In this document: in pieces, positions 38,349 to 49,281 of the stretch
Numbering within the stretch: position 1 is the first letter of the stretch
Layout: every line of letters begins with the position of its first letter
Virus record (IMG/VR): IMGVR_UViG_3300032303_001959
Span: 1 to 64,000 of that record
Length of the DNA: 64,000 bases
Source: a virus
Taxonomy: Duplodnaviria > Caudoviricetes
Strand: one strand, 5' to 3'
Translations under genes and position numbers: made by a program
Notes under the pieces: model-generated
The model's database searches: none
What the model saw: the letters and a program-made list of their open reading frames with translations, nothing else
What the model was told of the DNA's origin: nothing

Positions 38349-39480
38349 AAGCCAAAGGGAAAGCGCAGATTTACAACAAGAGAACAGGCAAAGATATCGG
38401 TCAGATCAAGGTGTTGGATGTGAGGGAAGCTGACACCGTTGAGATCGATCTTCAGATGGAAGACAATGTATATAACGAATTCGTCTATTTTGGGAGGAAA
38501 GATGCTACGAGGGACGATTTCTTCAGCATCGCGTTCAAAAAGATGCTGGCAGAAACAATTCAGGATTTAGAGAAGAAGAAAAAGAAACGAGGGCATAATG
38601 ATTAATACCTTTTTGATGAGTATCTTTCTCAAGCTTGCTCAACGCTGGTTTGGGTTTACCGACATCTACTGCCCAAATGATCAGGTAGAGGCGATCATTT
38701 TTGCGGTCGACAAAAAGCAACATCACGAAGCCATAAAGTCTGCTGCAAAATTCTTATATGAAGCCAAAGACGAAAGAACAGCCGTCGGCGTTTAACGTCG
38801 ACGTGCCTGAACTAAACGAAAGAAACGATTACGGATATCCCATATGGACGAAATTAGAAATACAGCGAATGAAGCTCCAAATCGAGAAGTCGAAATTGGA
38901 GAAGAAGTAGCCGACGTCTTTAACCCAATCTTTATGAGAACATCAGAACAAATACTCGAGCTCGGTCTCCGGCAAATGCGCGAGGAGAACGAATCCCTGT
39001 CATCAGAGAACCGTCGTCTTAAGGACGAAATACGGACTCTCATCGAGCAAGCCCGCCGTGCCGGGTTTGTGGGTGCCACCAAAGACACGCATCCGTGATC
39101 CAACTGGAATTCCCATTTATGAAAGACCTTTACCCGACAACCGAAGCAACTTCCCAGGGTACAACCACAACCGTGAATTACACCTTTGGTGCTGCGATTG
39201 AAAGCGTAAGCACCACAACTCACACAACGAAAGGAAACTCAGAATGAGCGTAGACGTAAGAGTACGCATTTCAGCGGTCGAGGGTGAACTCAAGTTTGAA
39301 GTTCACACCGATCATATGGATGCACAACCAGTCGAAAAGACGGTAGCGGAGGAGCTCAAGGGCCTCACCTGCCGGATGCTTGACCTATATCTCGAAACCC
39401 TCAAGGAACCCAAAGAAGAAATCCAAGCCGAATGCGAAACATTGCCATCGATTTCGAATCCTACTACGACAACGAGCTGA
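38345..39480 (+). CDS. Four small hypothetical ORFs (38345-38605, 38598-38795, 38844-39098, 39244-39480)
   Basis: Co-oriented ORFs, some with overlapping start/stop codons, in the replication operon. Confidence 0.55.
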
Positions 39481-41192
39481 GCATTAAGACGCTCGGCCAG
39501 TGGCACTACCTACGCGATCCGCGTGGGGAGATCTACATGGTGTCGATGGTTGGTGACGGTATTGAGCCGTATTGCGGTCCCGTGGACAAGGCTCCCTGGG
39601 ACAAGATCGACGGCTGCCGGTGGATTGCGCACAACTACAGCTTTGACGGAGCTTGTGTTGAGGCTCTTGGTGGCCGAATCAAGCCGAAGCCCGCGGATTT
39701 CTTCTGCACGGCCAATCTTGCGGCTTACCTTGGGTCTCCTAGAGATCTGGAGGGCGCCTGCACGAACCTCCTTGGTAAGGAGATTTCGAAGGATCCTCGT
39801 AAAAAGATGAAGGGCAAGAAGTGGTCTGATATCATCAATACTGAGTTTGCGGAAGAGATGACGCAATACGCTTTAGCGGACTCTGTGAGCTGTTTGGAGC
39901 TCTACAAGAAGTACGGATCGGAAATGCCGGAGATCGAGCGCAAGCTGTCCAAGCACACGATTGAGATGGCGTGGAAGGGTTTTGCGATTGATCAGCCTCT
40001 AGTAAGAGAAGGCATCAAGAAGCTCGATAAAATCAAGTGGGAAGCAGAACAGAAGCTCCCGTGGATGGACAAAGGAGATGGCGTTGTTCTCTCCATCAAG
40101 AATTTTAGGGCCGAGTGTATCAACCAAGGTATCCCCTGGCCGGATTCCCTTTCAGAAGATTCCGAAGAGTGTGCGGTATGGGAAAAGAAATACGGCGACA
40201 AGGTTCCTTTTGTTGCCGCCATGCGGGATTGGAGAAAATCCAATTCCTACTTGGTCAAGATGAAGGTGCTCGATTCTCGTGTGCGTCCAGATATGACGGC
40301 GTCTTACGGCATGAAGTTCTTCGGGGCACATACGGGTCGGTTTAGCGGAGATAGCCGCTTTAACGTCCAGAATTTGCCTAGGGAACCCCATTTCGGCGTC
40401 GATATGCGGGGCTGTATCATTCCTCGCCCAGGCAAGAAGTTCATCGTTTGCGATCTGTCCCAGATTGAACCCAGGGTTCTGGCTTGGTTGTCCGGGAATA
40501 CAACCCTCCTGGAAGCCGTCCGTAAAGGATATGGCATCTACGAAGCCTTTGCCATCTCAGCCAATCTCTGGAACGGAGAAAAAGGAACACTTAAGAAAAC
40601 CAATACAGCCATGTACCAGCTTGCCAAGGCAATGGTGCTGGGTCTTGGGTACGGCGCAGGAGCAAAGAAGTTCGCCTACATGGCCAACACAGCATACGGC
40701 CTGGAGATCGATGAAGCTCAAGCGGCAAACATTGTTAGAACATACCGATCTAAAAATCATCACGTCGTCAATTTCTGGAAGAAGTTAGAAACGGCTTACA
40801 AACAATCCAAAGCAGACGGACAATACGAGATCGAGCTTCCCTCCTGGAGAAGCCTCAGATACCGCAACATCCGCACACAAAACCTCGCAAGCGGATACGC
40901 GGGATACACAGCTCAGACCATCATGGGTGGTCCTCACGTCAATTTCTACGGCGGGAACTTATGTAATAACACCGTTCAGGCTACAGCCCGGGATGTCATG
41001 GCCGAATGCATCCTCCGATTGGAAAAGGCTGGCCTACCCCTTGTCCTTCACGTTCACGACGAAGCCGTTGTGGAGGTCGACAAGGATGTTAAACCAAAAG
41101 ATGTGGAAATGTTGATGTCGGTAACCCCGGACTGGTTACAAGGCTGCCCGGTCGCAGCCGAGGCCGTGGAAACCGACAGATACGTTAAATAG
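39432..41192 (+). CDS. polA: Family A DNA polymerase with 3'-5' exonuclease domain
   Basis: IAIDFESY (ExoI), DLSQIEPR (motif A), KAMVLGLGYG (motif B), VHDE (motif C). Confidence 0.92.
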   Translation: MRNIAIDFESYYDNELSIKTLGQWHYLRDPRGEIYMVSMVGDGIEPYCGPVDKAPWDKIDGCRWIAHNYSFDGACVEALGGRIKPKPADFFCTANLAAYLGSPRDLEGACTNLLGKEISKDPRKKMKGKKWSDIINTEFAEEMTQYALADSVSCLELYKKYGSEMPEIERKLSKHTIEMAWKGFAIDQPLVREGIKKLDKIKWEAEQKLPWMDKGDGVVLSIKNFRAECINQGIPWPDSLSEDSEECAVWEKKYGDKVPFVAAMRDWRKSNSYLVKMKVLDSRVRPDMTASYGMKFFGAHTGRFSGDSRFNVQNLPREPHFGVDMRGCIIPRPGKKFIVCDLSQIEPRVLAWLSGNTTLLEAVRKGYGIYEAFAISANLWNGEKGTLKKTNTAMYQLAKAMVLGLGYGAGAKKFAYMANTAYGLEIDEAQAANIVRTYRSKNHHVVNFWKKLETAYKQSKADGQYEIELPSWRSLRYRNIRTQNLASGYAGYTAQTIMGGPHVNFYGGNLCNNTVQATARDVMAECILRLEKAGLPLVLHVHDEAVVEVDKDVKPKDVEMLMSVTPDWLQGCPVAAEAVETDRYVK

Positions 41193-41203
41193 GAGTAAAT
41201 AAA

Positions 41204-41377
41204 ATGGATAACGCGAGGTACATAGTGTTGAGAGACGGTTCAAGAGTGTCCGATAGGACGCACCGGAGCAAATTGGACGCACAAGTCGAGGCTGATTACT
41301 GGCACGATATTGTCAGGAGGTGGCCAGACGGGTCTGTAGTCCGAATCGAAACCATATTCTTTAAAAGCCGGGAGTAA
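41204..41377 (+). CDS. Small hypothetical protein
   Basis: 57-aa ORF read manually, with an AGGAG RBS. Confidence 0.55.
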   Translation: MDNARYIVLRDGSRVSDRTHRSKLDAQVEADYWHDIVRRWPDGSVVRIETIFFKSRE

Positions 41378-41381
41378 GGCC

Positions 41382-43499
41382 ATGAGTCTTTACGCCCTGA
41401 AGAATCTGGCTTCCCTGGAGGTAACTCCAGTCGACGCCTGGCTTCACACAACCCCACTACCCAACATGACCAAGGAGGAGTTTTCCTCCTGGTCTACCAA
41501 CCCCTCGACAGACTGGCTGTTTGTGTCCGGCTTTGAGGGTCGTGCACCCAACCTGCGTGTCTCCCGTGAGAACCAGGCGGTCAAGATGCACGCCCTTGTA
41601 GCCGACTACGATGCCCAGATTACAGCTGAGGAAATGCTTGAAGGTCTTACTCGTCGCTCAAAAGCCGGGATGAAACCCGCCTACGCCCACCGAACAATTA
41701 GTGGTGGGGTAAGAGTTATCTGGCTGTTTGAGAAACCCGTAGCCATCGCACCTGGGATATTTGATCCCTTCATCACTCGTCTGATGAAGGAGCTCAATGT
41801 CCGTAAACTGTTCCCTGGGCTGGATGACAACATCCGTAAGCCAGAACAGTACTACGCCTGGAACCCTCCAGCCACCGAGGTCAGCGACAACCGAGTTAAG
41901 TTTGATACCCTCTGTGCACTTCTAGCTTCAGCCTTTGACGCCTCTCACCGCTACCGTGGTGAGGGAGATACCGAGATACCTGTAGATAAGATCAAGGAAC
42001 GGGTAGAGAGCCTGTTCCCCGGTCGACTTCGTGGGTCTCTGGACATCAACGGACGTTGTAATGCTTTTTGGTCTCCGGATTCCAACAATCCGTCGGCTTG
42101 TATCGTTACGGCAACCGGGATGGTTTCATTCTCGCAGGATCGGGCGTTTTATCCTTGGGCAGATATCTTGGGTGCGGATTGGGTCGATGAATTTAACAAC
42201 ACTCGTCTGGGCGGACCTCTGGGTTCGTACTGGTACGACGGAAGTAAGTATTGGCGCAGGGACATGGAAGGCAGCTGGAGAGACGCACCTTCGGAGACAG
42301 CTCGCAAGGACATTGCAGGCTTGTTCGGTTTGAGTCTCACCAGCGATGCCCGAGGAGATATGTCCGAGACCGACGAGGCTATGCTTCGCATTCGGGAAAA
42401 CCGTCGTGTCGATGCCACCGGCCCCGTGCTTTACAGCCATGAAGAGCTCGTGCGATTTGGCAGCCGATGCATCCTCAACACATCCAGGGTAAAGGTCATG
42501 CCCCCAAGCACGCTCGTGGGCGAGTGGGGCGAGCACTTCCCTTGGACAGCGAGTCTGTTGGACGAGTTCTTCGATCCGTCTGACAGTCTCCAGTACTTCC
42601 TGGCCTGGCTGAAACGGTTCTATACCACAGCCAGTGCCGGGGCCCCCGCCCAAGGTCAGGCCGTGTTTATCGCCGGTCCGGTCGAACAAGGAAAAACCCT
42701 AATCGGTACCAAGATTGTCGCCGCGCTAATGGGAGGAGGTTGCGATGCCTCCTCTCACATCAGTGGTGGGGATCAGTTCAATAACGAGCTCTTCGAAGTT
42801 GGCGTGCTCAACATTGACGATACCGTCGCTTCGACCAGCTACGAGAAACACCTTCTCTTCACCAACTCGATCAAGAAGTTCGTCGCCAACACTCAGCATC
42901 GTCACCGTGCGATGCGCGAGAATCCAACGACGATCAACTGGATCGGGCGGATCATCTTCACGCTGAATGATGACCCCGAATCGATGAGGGCGATCCCCTA
43001 CACCGACACCTCAATCCTGGACAAGATCATGCTCTTCAAAGCGAGGCACCGGAAGTTCCCCTTCCCTCCCCGCCAGGAGATCGATCGGATCTTAGCCAGG
43101 GAGTTGCCCAACTTTGCCCGCTGGCTCCTTGACTGGACACCAGCCTCGCATCTGGAAGGCACCAACCGGTTCGGCGTAACGAATTATCATCACCCCGACA
43201 TTTTGGAAGATACGAGAACAACCCACCCTAACCACGCTTTCTCCGAACTCCTCGATAAGTACCTCATCAACTACAAAATCGCGGCGAACGGGAAAAACCC
43301 AAAACAGTGGGTTGGTTCAGCAACCGACCTACTCAACAACATGCTTAATGATGCCGAGCTCGAAAAGCTCGCGCGTCATTACGTTTCAAGTCCGGACCGC
43401 ATGGGTCAGAGATTGGCCAAAATTATGGCTATCCGACCTGAGCAGGTTATCCGGCGCAAATCAGGAGGAAAAATAACATGGGAAATCAATCTGGAGTAA
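41382..43499 (+). CDS. Primase-helicase (AEP/PrimPol-like N-terminus plus P-loop domain)
   Basis: VADYD and HRTISGGVRVIW in the N-terminus; GPVEQGKT Walker A. Confidence 0.8.
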   Translation: MSLYALKNLASLEVTPVDAWLHTTPLPNMTKEEFSSWSTNPSTDWLFVSGFEGRAPNLRVSRENQAVKMHALVADYDAQITAEEMLEGLTRRSKAGMKPAYAHRTISGGVRVIWLFEKPVAIAPGIFDPFITRLMKELNVRKLFPGLDDNIRKPEQYYAWNPPATEVSDNRVKFDTLCALLASAFDASHRYRGEGDTEIPVDKIKERVESLFPGRLRGSLDINGRCNAFWSPDSNNPSACIVTATGMVSFSQDRAFYPWADILGADWVDEFNNTRLGGPLGSYWYDGSKYWRRDMEGSWRDAPSETARKDIAGLFGLSLTSDARGDMSETDEAMLRIRENRRVDATGPVLYSHEELVRFGSRCILNTSRVKVMPPSTLVGEWGEHFPWTASLLDEFFDPSDSLQYFLAWLKRFYTTASAGAPAQGQAVFIAGPVEQGKTLIGTKIVAALMGGGCDASSHISGGDQFNNELFEVGVLNIDDTVASTSYEKHLLFTNSIKKFVANTQHRHRAMRENPTTINWIGRIIFTLNDDPESMRAIPYTDTSILDKIMLFKARHRKFPFPPRQEIDRILARELPNFARWLLDWTPASHLEGTNRFGVTNYHHPDILEDTRTTHPNHAFSELLDKYLINYKIAANGKNPKQWVGSATDLLNNMLNDAELEKLARHYVSSPDRMGQRLAKIMAIRPEQVIRRKSGGKITWEINLE

Positions 43500-44134
43500 T
43501 CGAGCCACAGAGATCGGTGGCACCACTATTTAGCACCCCGCTGTTCATCTCGCAGCTGGGACAACCCGACAGCCAATCTGTCGCGGTCGTTAAAAAGGCG
43601 GATATGCGTCGCGTTAAAGCCGACAACGGATGGGCTTCCGTCGACACCAGGATTCTGGATGTCCCGGACATGCAGTATCTGAAGGGCTCCATCCTTCGAG
43701 AGATCAATGCGTATGCATTCGAAGCTCTCGGCCTAAAGAGAAAGTATCAGTTCCAAATTACCAACTCTTGGGTCATGAAGCACCAGAAGGGTGACTTTTC
43801 TCACGCTCATGCACACGAGAATTCACTGATCTCGGGTGTCTACTATGTAGAGACCTACGAGAACAGCGGCCCAATCTTGTTCTCCAAGTCCTACAAAGAC
43901 TTGAACCTATTCCCCGCTTTCTTTGGCTGGGAATTTGAGAAGAGAGACATCTTGAGTGCAGACGTGTGGCCCGTGCTGCCCAAGAACGGAATGTTGGTTT
44001 TGTTTCCTTCTCACCTGTCGCATCACGTGGAACCGAGTCAAGCAGATGCCGACCGGTACTGCATTGCCTTCAACGTGTTTGTGAAAGGTAAGTTCGGCTC
44101 AGAAGAAACCTTCAGTGCCCTGGAGATCCTATGA
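43478..44134 (+). CDS. 2OG-Fe(II) oxygenase (TIGR02466-like)
   Basis: NSW...HAH.NS.ISGVYY...LFPS.L.H.V...R..IAFN. Confidence 0.85.
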   Translation: MGNQSGVIEPQRSVAPLFSTPLFISQLGQPDSQSVAVVKKADMRRVKADNGWASVDTRILDVPDMQYLKGSILREINAYAFEALGLKRKYQFQITNSWVMKHQKGDFSHAHAHENSLISGVYYVETYENSGPILFSKSYKDLNLFPAFFGWEFEKRDILSADVWPVLPKNGMLVLFPSHLSHHVEPSQADADRYCIAFNVFVKGKFGSEETFSALEIL

Positions 44135-44670
44135 ACGGCATGGTTATTTGCTCCATTGTCATCGTCTTCATGATCATCGTCCCGGTGTGCGTCGCTTTTG
44201 GATTGTGGTTTAAGGACCGCAAAGACGAAGAGCGGAGAGGATATTGGGACGCAGAATGAGAAAGAGAAAACGAATCCGAAACATCACGGTTCGAAAACCC
44301 TGGTACGTCGAAAACAAGTTTGGCGTGTGGAAGACCACCCCCTTTGGGGTTTGTGAGAGAATCAGGCGGCAACGTCCTGGCTTTTTTACCCGCCTATTGA
44401 GGTGGTTTTTGGAGCAGTTAAACTAGCTCGATGACGCTGGATCAGATCAAAGCTTTCTCCAATTCCGTATCCACTTGGATCATCAACGGAATGAAGACGG
44501 CTACGGATGAACAGCGTGCTGCGAGATATGCCATCTGTCAGGCGTGTCCAAACTTTGATCAACGAGTGTTCTGTGGTCATGGAGTTTGCAAGATTTGTGG
44601 GTGCAATATGCGTACAAAAACGGTGTTCCCCCACGAGAAATGTCCCATTGATAAATGGGGAAAGGTTTAA
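44131..44670 (+). CDS. Three small ORFs: single-TM peptide (44131-44259), basic peptide (44256-44426), Cys-rich Zn-binding protein (44431-44670)
   Basis: Overlapping start/stop codons; the last has CQAC...CKICGC...CP..KW. Confidence 0.55.
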
Positions 44671-44672
44671 CC

Positions 44673-44906
44673 ATGCCACTAGGTAAAAGAGATTACGCCA
44701 AGGAATACCGGGAGTATCACGGTAAGCCTGATCAAATTAAACGTCGTGCTGGTCGTAACGCTGCTCGTCGAACGATGACTAAACGTCGTGGGCTGGCTGC
44801 TATGCGTGGAAAAGACGTCAATCACAAGGACGGCAACACCATGAATAATGCAGCGTCGAACCTGAATCTTGAGTCAAAGAGCGTGAATCGCGGACGAAAG
44901 TATTGA
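44673..44906 (+). CDS. Small HNH-type protein
   Basis: RDYAKEY...GKDVNHKDGNTMNN..SNL...S..NR. Confidence 0.7.
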   Translation: MPLGKRDYAKEYREYHGKPDQIKRRAGRNAARRTMTKRRGLAAMRGKDVNHKDGNTMNNAASNLNLESKSVNRGRKY

Positions 44907-44930
44907 CTAATTCAAGACAGTATTTAATAT
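44903..44930 (+). promoter_or_regulatory. Sigma70-type promoter TTGACT-16-TAATAT overlapping the 22-bp palindrome
   Basis: Same layout (TTGACT-N7-GACAGTA-N2-[-10]) at 47821, 49824 and, on the minus strand, 30626. Confidence 0.7.
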
Positions 44931-44938
44931 AGGAAGTT

Positions 44939-45262
44939 ATGGCATACGAACCCTCCAGCAGCGACAACGAGAATTATTCTTTACGGAAAATCAATCAGCT
45001 AGCCTCGGATTCTGAAAAGGATTCGAGTCTTTCCCTGGGGCAGTTTGGAGCCGTTTACAAGACTGCTGCCGGCGCTCTTACGGGCGGGCCTTGGGGCGCT
45101 ATTCAGGCGACGGCCACGGCGGTCGTTAACGTAACATCGGGCAACTGGACTGATAGTGATGCAACGACGGCCGTTGATATTGCAGCGGGAGCAACCATTT
45201 TTGGTTCTTTCTCCGCAATCACGCTCACCAGCGGAAAAATTATTGCTTACAAAAGCGCTTAA
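44939..45262 (+). CDS. Putative capsid head-spike base protein (small beta-sandwich)
   Basis: GAIQ...IAAGATIFGSFSAITLTSGKIIAY; lies directly before a LGLGL-start fibre gene. Confidence 0.5.
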   Translation: MAYEPSSSDNENYSLRKINQLASDSEKDSSLSLGQFGAVYKTAAGALTGGPWGAIQATATAVVNVTSGNWTDSDATTAVDIAAGATIFGSFSAITLTSGKIIAYKSA

Positions 45263-45268
45263 ACGGCC

Positions 45269-47254
45269 ATGCCGAAACTCGGCTTAGGCTTATTGTTATC
45301 GCGTTCTAGGGGTGCTAGTAGCGCAGTCAATTCTTCAAATGTAATAAATTTTACTTTGTCGAATTATACTCCTTCTTCGCCAAACTTCTCTTTTAATTCT
45401 ATACCCAATTATACTAATTATGTAGACCCTAATATTGCATATTCTCTGCCTTTATCTTCCCCAGTTGTAGGAAAATTAAATGTTTCTTATGTGTCCTTGG
45501 TTTCTCGGGTTTTTATAACAAAAGTTACATCTAGGGATTTTTGGTATCTGAACGACTACGGAGGCTATTCATATACTAGTTATTACTTTATTTTGAATAA
45601 TAACGGGTCTACATTTACAAAAGATTTCTATAGGCGTGAGCTTGCTGGTACAGATTATAAAGGAAATGAGTATTATGATTTTTTTTATGAGACAACTTGG
45701 ACATTAAGCTGGAACGGAACCGCTTGGCAGTTATTTGGAAAAGCAAATGTTGGTAGCACAGCAGGTGTTTTAAAAACTTATGTTGGGGGGTCTGCGTCTG
45801 CTCTGCCTTCCCCACCTGTATGGGGAAATGATTTAGATTTAGATTATTATATTAATTACACTAATTCGCTGAGCGACAGCAATATGAACGGAGCTTCTAA
45901 TCAACTTTATTTTGCAACGCAGTCTTCTAATAATGTTTATAAAGCAAAAACTATTACTTCAACACTTACGCAAACAGGAAAATTAGGATTAATTTTTAAT
46001 TTCTTATTACCTTCAGTTTACACTACTGGTTCGCCTTCTGTTTCTTCATCCTTTAGTAACTCTTATACAAGTTTATTTAGTCCCCTATTTAATTTTTTAT
46101 CAGCCCAGATTAATGCTTTTACTTCACCTATATCTTCAGATATTTATTTACCGAAAGATGCTGTTTCGTCCACTTCAATATCTTTAACTACTAATGGAGA
46201 TTTAACTGATTTAACTAGCCAAGCTTTATCCTCTTTAAGTCAAACAAGCACTACTCTTACTAATAGTAATTTTTCAGCAGTAACATATTCTATATCCGCT
46301 GATCTAACTGAAAACACTACTTCTTCTAATCGAGCCATATCGATTAGTGGCACAAAAACATACGATAATACATCATTTACTGCGGCCTCCAATGCCTACC
46401 AGATAGGCACTACAGCCCCAAGCCCGAGTATTTCAATATCTTCAAATAATACAACTCCAAGGAACTTTTATCTTACCCATATAGGAAGCGGGTTTAGTAC
46501 TAGAACTCTAGGTGAAAATGAAGGGATAGCTTTTTGGGATTCTACACGAAAGTTGTGGGCAATACCAAAAATGGGGCAATATATTAGATATTATGGTGGA
46601 AAATACGAATTTATTAACATAAATGGGACAACTATAGAGACCTCTGCTGGGTCTAATCCTTGGCTTGCTAATACAGATGCTTGTTCACCAACAGTAATGC
46701 CTTGGAATGCTAGGTGGCAACAAAACATAGATGTATCTAAACATTATTTTGATAGTATGCAAAAGCCGACAACTCTTAATATTGACACAACATTTAAGTT
46801 TCCTTTAAGTGGTGTTAATATATCTTCATTTAAAATCAAATCTTCTCAAAGAAATATTGGTGGGTATCTTATTGATAATTTTAAACTTGGTCAGTATAGA
46901 AAATTGGCATTTATGGGTATAAATGCAAAAGCCCCGCAATCAGGTTATCCCGATAGTGGGGTTCGTATGTACTACAGCTATGCAGAAAATAAATGGTTTT
47001 TAGTTATATATGAATCTGTTTCATATAAAGGCAATTCTTCTGGAAACGCTTACACATATTCAGCACCTTATTCAACTTCGTTTCCAATTACATTTACCTA
47101 TGTGTCGAGAGCTAATACTTCTTCATCCACAATTGCAACAACTTTACAAGTTTCAAAGGATACTACAACAGCTTTTGATGATGTTTATACTCTTGCCGAC
47201 GCAACTTACCCCATCACAATTCCAGTAGATACAGCTTTTTCATCTATTTGGTAA
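45269..47254 (+). CDS. Ser/Thr/Tyr-rich putative head fibre/adhesin 1
   Basis: 661 aa, visibly AT-rich DNA, starts MPKLGLGLLL. Confidence 0.55.
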   Translation: MPKLGLGLLLSRSRGASSAVNSSNVINFTLSNYTPSSPNFSFNSIPNYTNYVDPNIAYSLPLSSPVVGKLNVSYVSLVSRVFITKVTSRDFWYLNDYGGYSYTSYYFILNNNGSTFTKDFYRRELAGTDYKGNEYYDFFYETTWTLSWNGTAWQLFGKANVGSTAGVLKTYVGGSASALPSPPVWGNDLDLDYYINYTNSLSDSNMNGASNQLYFATQSSNNVYKAKTITSTLTQTGKLGLIFNFLLPSVYTTGSPSVSSSFSNSYTSLFSPLFNFLSAQINAFTSPISSDIYLPKDAVSSTSISLTTNGDLTDLTSQALSSLSQTSTTLTNSNFSAVTYSISADLTENTTSSNRAISISGTKTYDNTSFTAASNAYQIGTTAPSPSISISSNNTTPRNFYLTHIGSGFSTRTLGENEGIAFWDSTRKLWAIPKMGQYIRYYGGKYEFININGTTIETSAGSNPWLANTDACSPTVMPWNARWQQNIDVSKHYFDSMQKPTTLNIDTTFKFPLSGVNISSFKIKSSQRNIGGYLIDNFKLGQYRKLAFMGINAKAPQSGYPDSGVRMYYSYAENKWFLVIYESVSYKGNSSGNAYTYSAPYSTSFPITFTYVSRANTSSSTIATTLQVSKDTTTAFDDVYTLADATYPITIPVDTAFSSIW

Positions 47255-47275
47255 ACAATAAAAAGGAAATAAAAT

Positions 47276-47818
47276 ATGATATTTTTTAAATACGATCAAA
47301 CTAAAAGTATACTAGCTTTCTTAGGAAGAAGTGGTTCCTCATCTTTTACTAAAGCTTTTATTGGAGAAGAAGCTTTTAATAATTTTACTCCATCAGAAGG
47401 AAAAGCGACTCCTCATATTCTCAATAAAGTTTGTTATAAGTACCAGCTTTTAGAAAACCTATACCCGGATTACACAATCTATGCAGTAATAAGGCATCCA
47501 TTTGAAAGATTTCAAAGTGCTATGAACCACAAGAAGAAGTCTTTTGAGTATTTCTTAGAAAATCCTTTCGATGTGCATACTAAAAACGCATACGAACTAA
47601 TCAAAGGATTAAATGTAGTGGCTTACAGATTTGAAGACGGGGGAGTTAATAATTGTGCAAAGGCTATGGGTCTGGACAACTTTGAAAAGATTAACTCGAC
47701 CGACCATGTAATTACTTTAACAGACGAGCAAAAAGCTATTCTTTCTGAGAAATATGCAAAAGATATAGAGCTTTGGAACAGCATTGATGAGAATGGAAAA
47801 GCTATATTTGTAGAGTAG
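47276..47818 (+). CDS. Sulfotransferase-family-like protein, copy 1
   Basis: GRSGSSS (5'-PSB-like) and IRHPFERFQSA (3'-PB-like) motifs. Confidence 0.65.
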   Translation: MIFFKYDQTKSILAFLGRSGSSSFTKAFIGEEAFNNFTPSEGKATPHILNKVCYKYQLLENLYPDYTIYAVIRHPFERFQSAMNHKKKSFEYFLENPFDVHTKNAYELIKGLNVVAYRFEDGGVNNCAKAMGLDNFEKINSTDHVITLTDEQKAILSEKYAKDIELWNSIDENGKAIFVE

Positions 47819-47858
47819 TATTGACTGTAAAAAGACAGTACATAACCTAGAACAACCA

Positions 47859-47891
47859 TGGAATACGAACCCTCAAGTAAAAAAGCTTAAG
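47859..47891 (+). pseudogene. Collapsed remnant (MEYEPSSKKA*) of the 44939-45262 gene
   Basis: atggaatacgaaccctcaagt...gcttaa versus atggcatacgaaccctccagc...gcttaa, at the equivalent cassette position. Confidence 0.7.
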
Positions 47892-47896
47892 TTGTT

Positions 47897-49276
47897 ATGC
47901 CAAAACTCGGCTTAGGCTTAATACTGGCAAATGCTAAATCAAATGCTATTCGCCTAAATACTCCTCTTCGTGTCGCTATTACGGGGATTGGTAATTTTAT
48001 ATACAATGGGTATGATGGGTATGATCGATTCAGCAGTAGATATGCGTCCTTGCCATATTCATTTTATTGGGATTCTACGTTTACCACAAGTGAATCATAT
48101 TACTATTCAAGTTCATCATATACAGAGGGTCCTGATATGAGAACAAAGAGTGATATAATTGGAACAGTATGGAATGGAAAAACTGTTACCGTTGCGGGAG
48201 CAGTAACTCAAATAACAATATCCTATTCCCCACAAACATTTACATATTCAAGATCAGTTCCTACGGTTGCTTTTACACCCAGCGTGACAAGTTTTCAATC
48301 GCTTATGAGAACTTATTACTTGCAGTTTGACAAATCTAATGCGGGTTCATATAGCGCTACAATCCTTGGAGATGAATACCCGGATTATAGTTGGTCGACT
48401 ACCGCAATACCAATCACAATAACAAAGAAAGATGTAACCCTTACCCTTTCAGCTGGAACCAGCACATACGGGCAAACGCCAGTAATAGCCACAATTACGG
48501 GTCTTGTTTCTGGGGACTCAATTAATACTTCATTTTCTGGTTTGGTTACGCAGTCTCTACCTACTTCTACTTCTAATGCGGGCACATACTCAATTACATT
48601 TAACCCGTCGTATACGAGCGCAAATTATAATATAACAAATTCTCCGGCTTCTGTTACTTGGACAATCAATAAAGCCAATCAAACTATTAGTTTTAGCCCA
48701 AGTACTTCTGTATACACGGGCTCTTCTCAGACTTTAACTGCTTCTTCGTCGTCTGGATTGCCAGTATCTTTTAGTATTATTAGTGGTCCTGGTTCATTAA
48801 GTGGAGCTGTTCTTTCATATACAGGGACTGGAACTGTTGTAGTAAGAGCAAGTCAGTCGGGGAATACTAATTACAATGCGGCTTCTAGTGTGGATAGCTC
48901 CATAACGGTTACAACTCCCGCCCCCGATATATCCTCTTCCGTCTCCTCCCTTCATTTAGTTTTTTACAATGGATATGGAACAGGCACTGGGGGATGGGGG
49001 TTGGATGATAATAATAATGTTGTACTCAACAACCCACCTCTTTTTACCAGAATTTATTCCGACCCCTTTGGTTTCGGGAATACATTGGCATTTTCGTTCA
49101 ATAATTGGTGGTTCTTACAGTGGGCGGGAGATCGTTGGGCGCTTGGAGTTGATTGGGGAAAAGGACCTGGAGTTTGGCTGAATTCCCTTCCATGTAGCAT
49201 TTCCTACATACCTGCAAATCAATCACAATGGGAAACATATGGTAACACAGGTGCCGTTATCAGGGTTGTGCCATAA
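47897..49276 (+). CDS. Putative head fibre/adhesin 2 with MBG-like and Ig-like domains
   Basis: Starts MPKLGLGLIL; contains TYGQTP...GLVSGD...AGTYSI...NYNIT and KANQTISF...ASSSSGLPVSF...RASQSGNTNYNAA. Confidence 0.65.
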   Translation: MPKLGLGLILANAKSNAIRLNTPLRVAITGIGNFIYNGYDGYDRFSSRYASLPYSFYWDSTFTTSESYYYSSSSYTEGPDMRTKSDIIGTVWNGKTVTVAGAVTQITISYSPQTFTYSRSVPTVAFTPSVTSFQSLMRTYYLQFDKSNAGSYSATILGDEYPDYSWSTTAIPITITKKDVTLTLSAGTSTYGQTPVIATITGLVSGDSINTSFSGLVTQSLPTSTSNAGTYSITFNPSYTSANYNITNSPASVTWTINKANQTISFSPSTSVYTGSSQTLTASSSSGLPVSFSIISGPGSLSGAVLSYTGTGTVVVRASQSGNTNYNAASSVDSSITVTTPAPDISSSVSSLHLVFYNGYGTGTGGWGLDDNNNVVLNNPPLFTRIYSDPFGFGNTLAFSFNNWWFLQWAGDRWALGVDWGKGPGVWLNSLPCSISYIPANQSQWETYGNTGAVIRVVP

Positions 49277-49281
49277 ATTAT

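Noticed and set aside
37234-42689. Long antisense ORFs (37234-37752, 42126-42689)
   Set aside because: They lie fully opposite well-supported genes and have no RBS or recognisable motifs.
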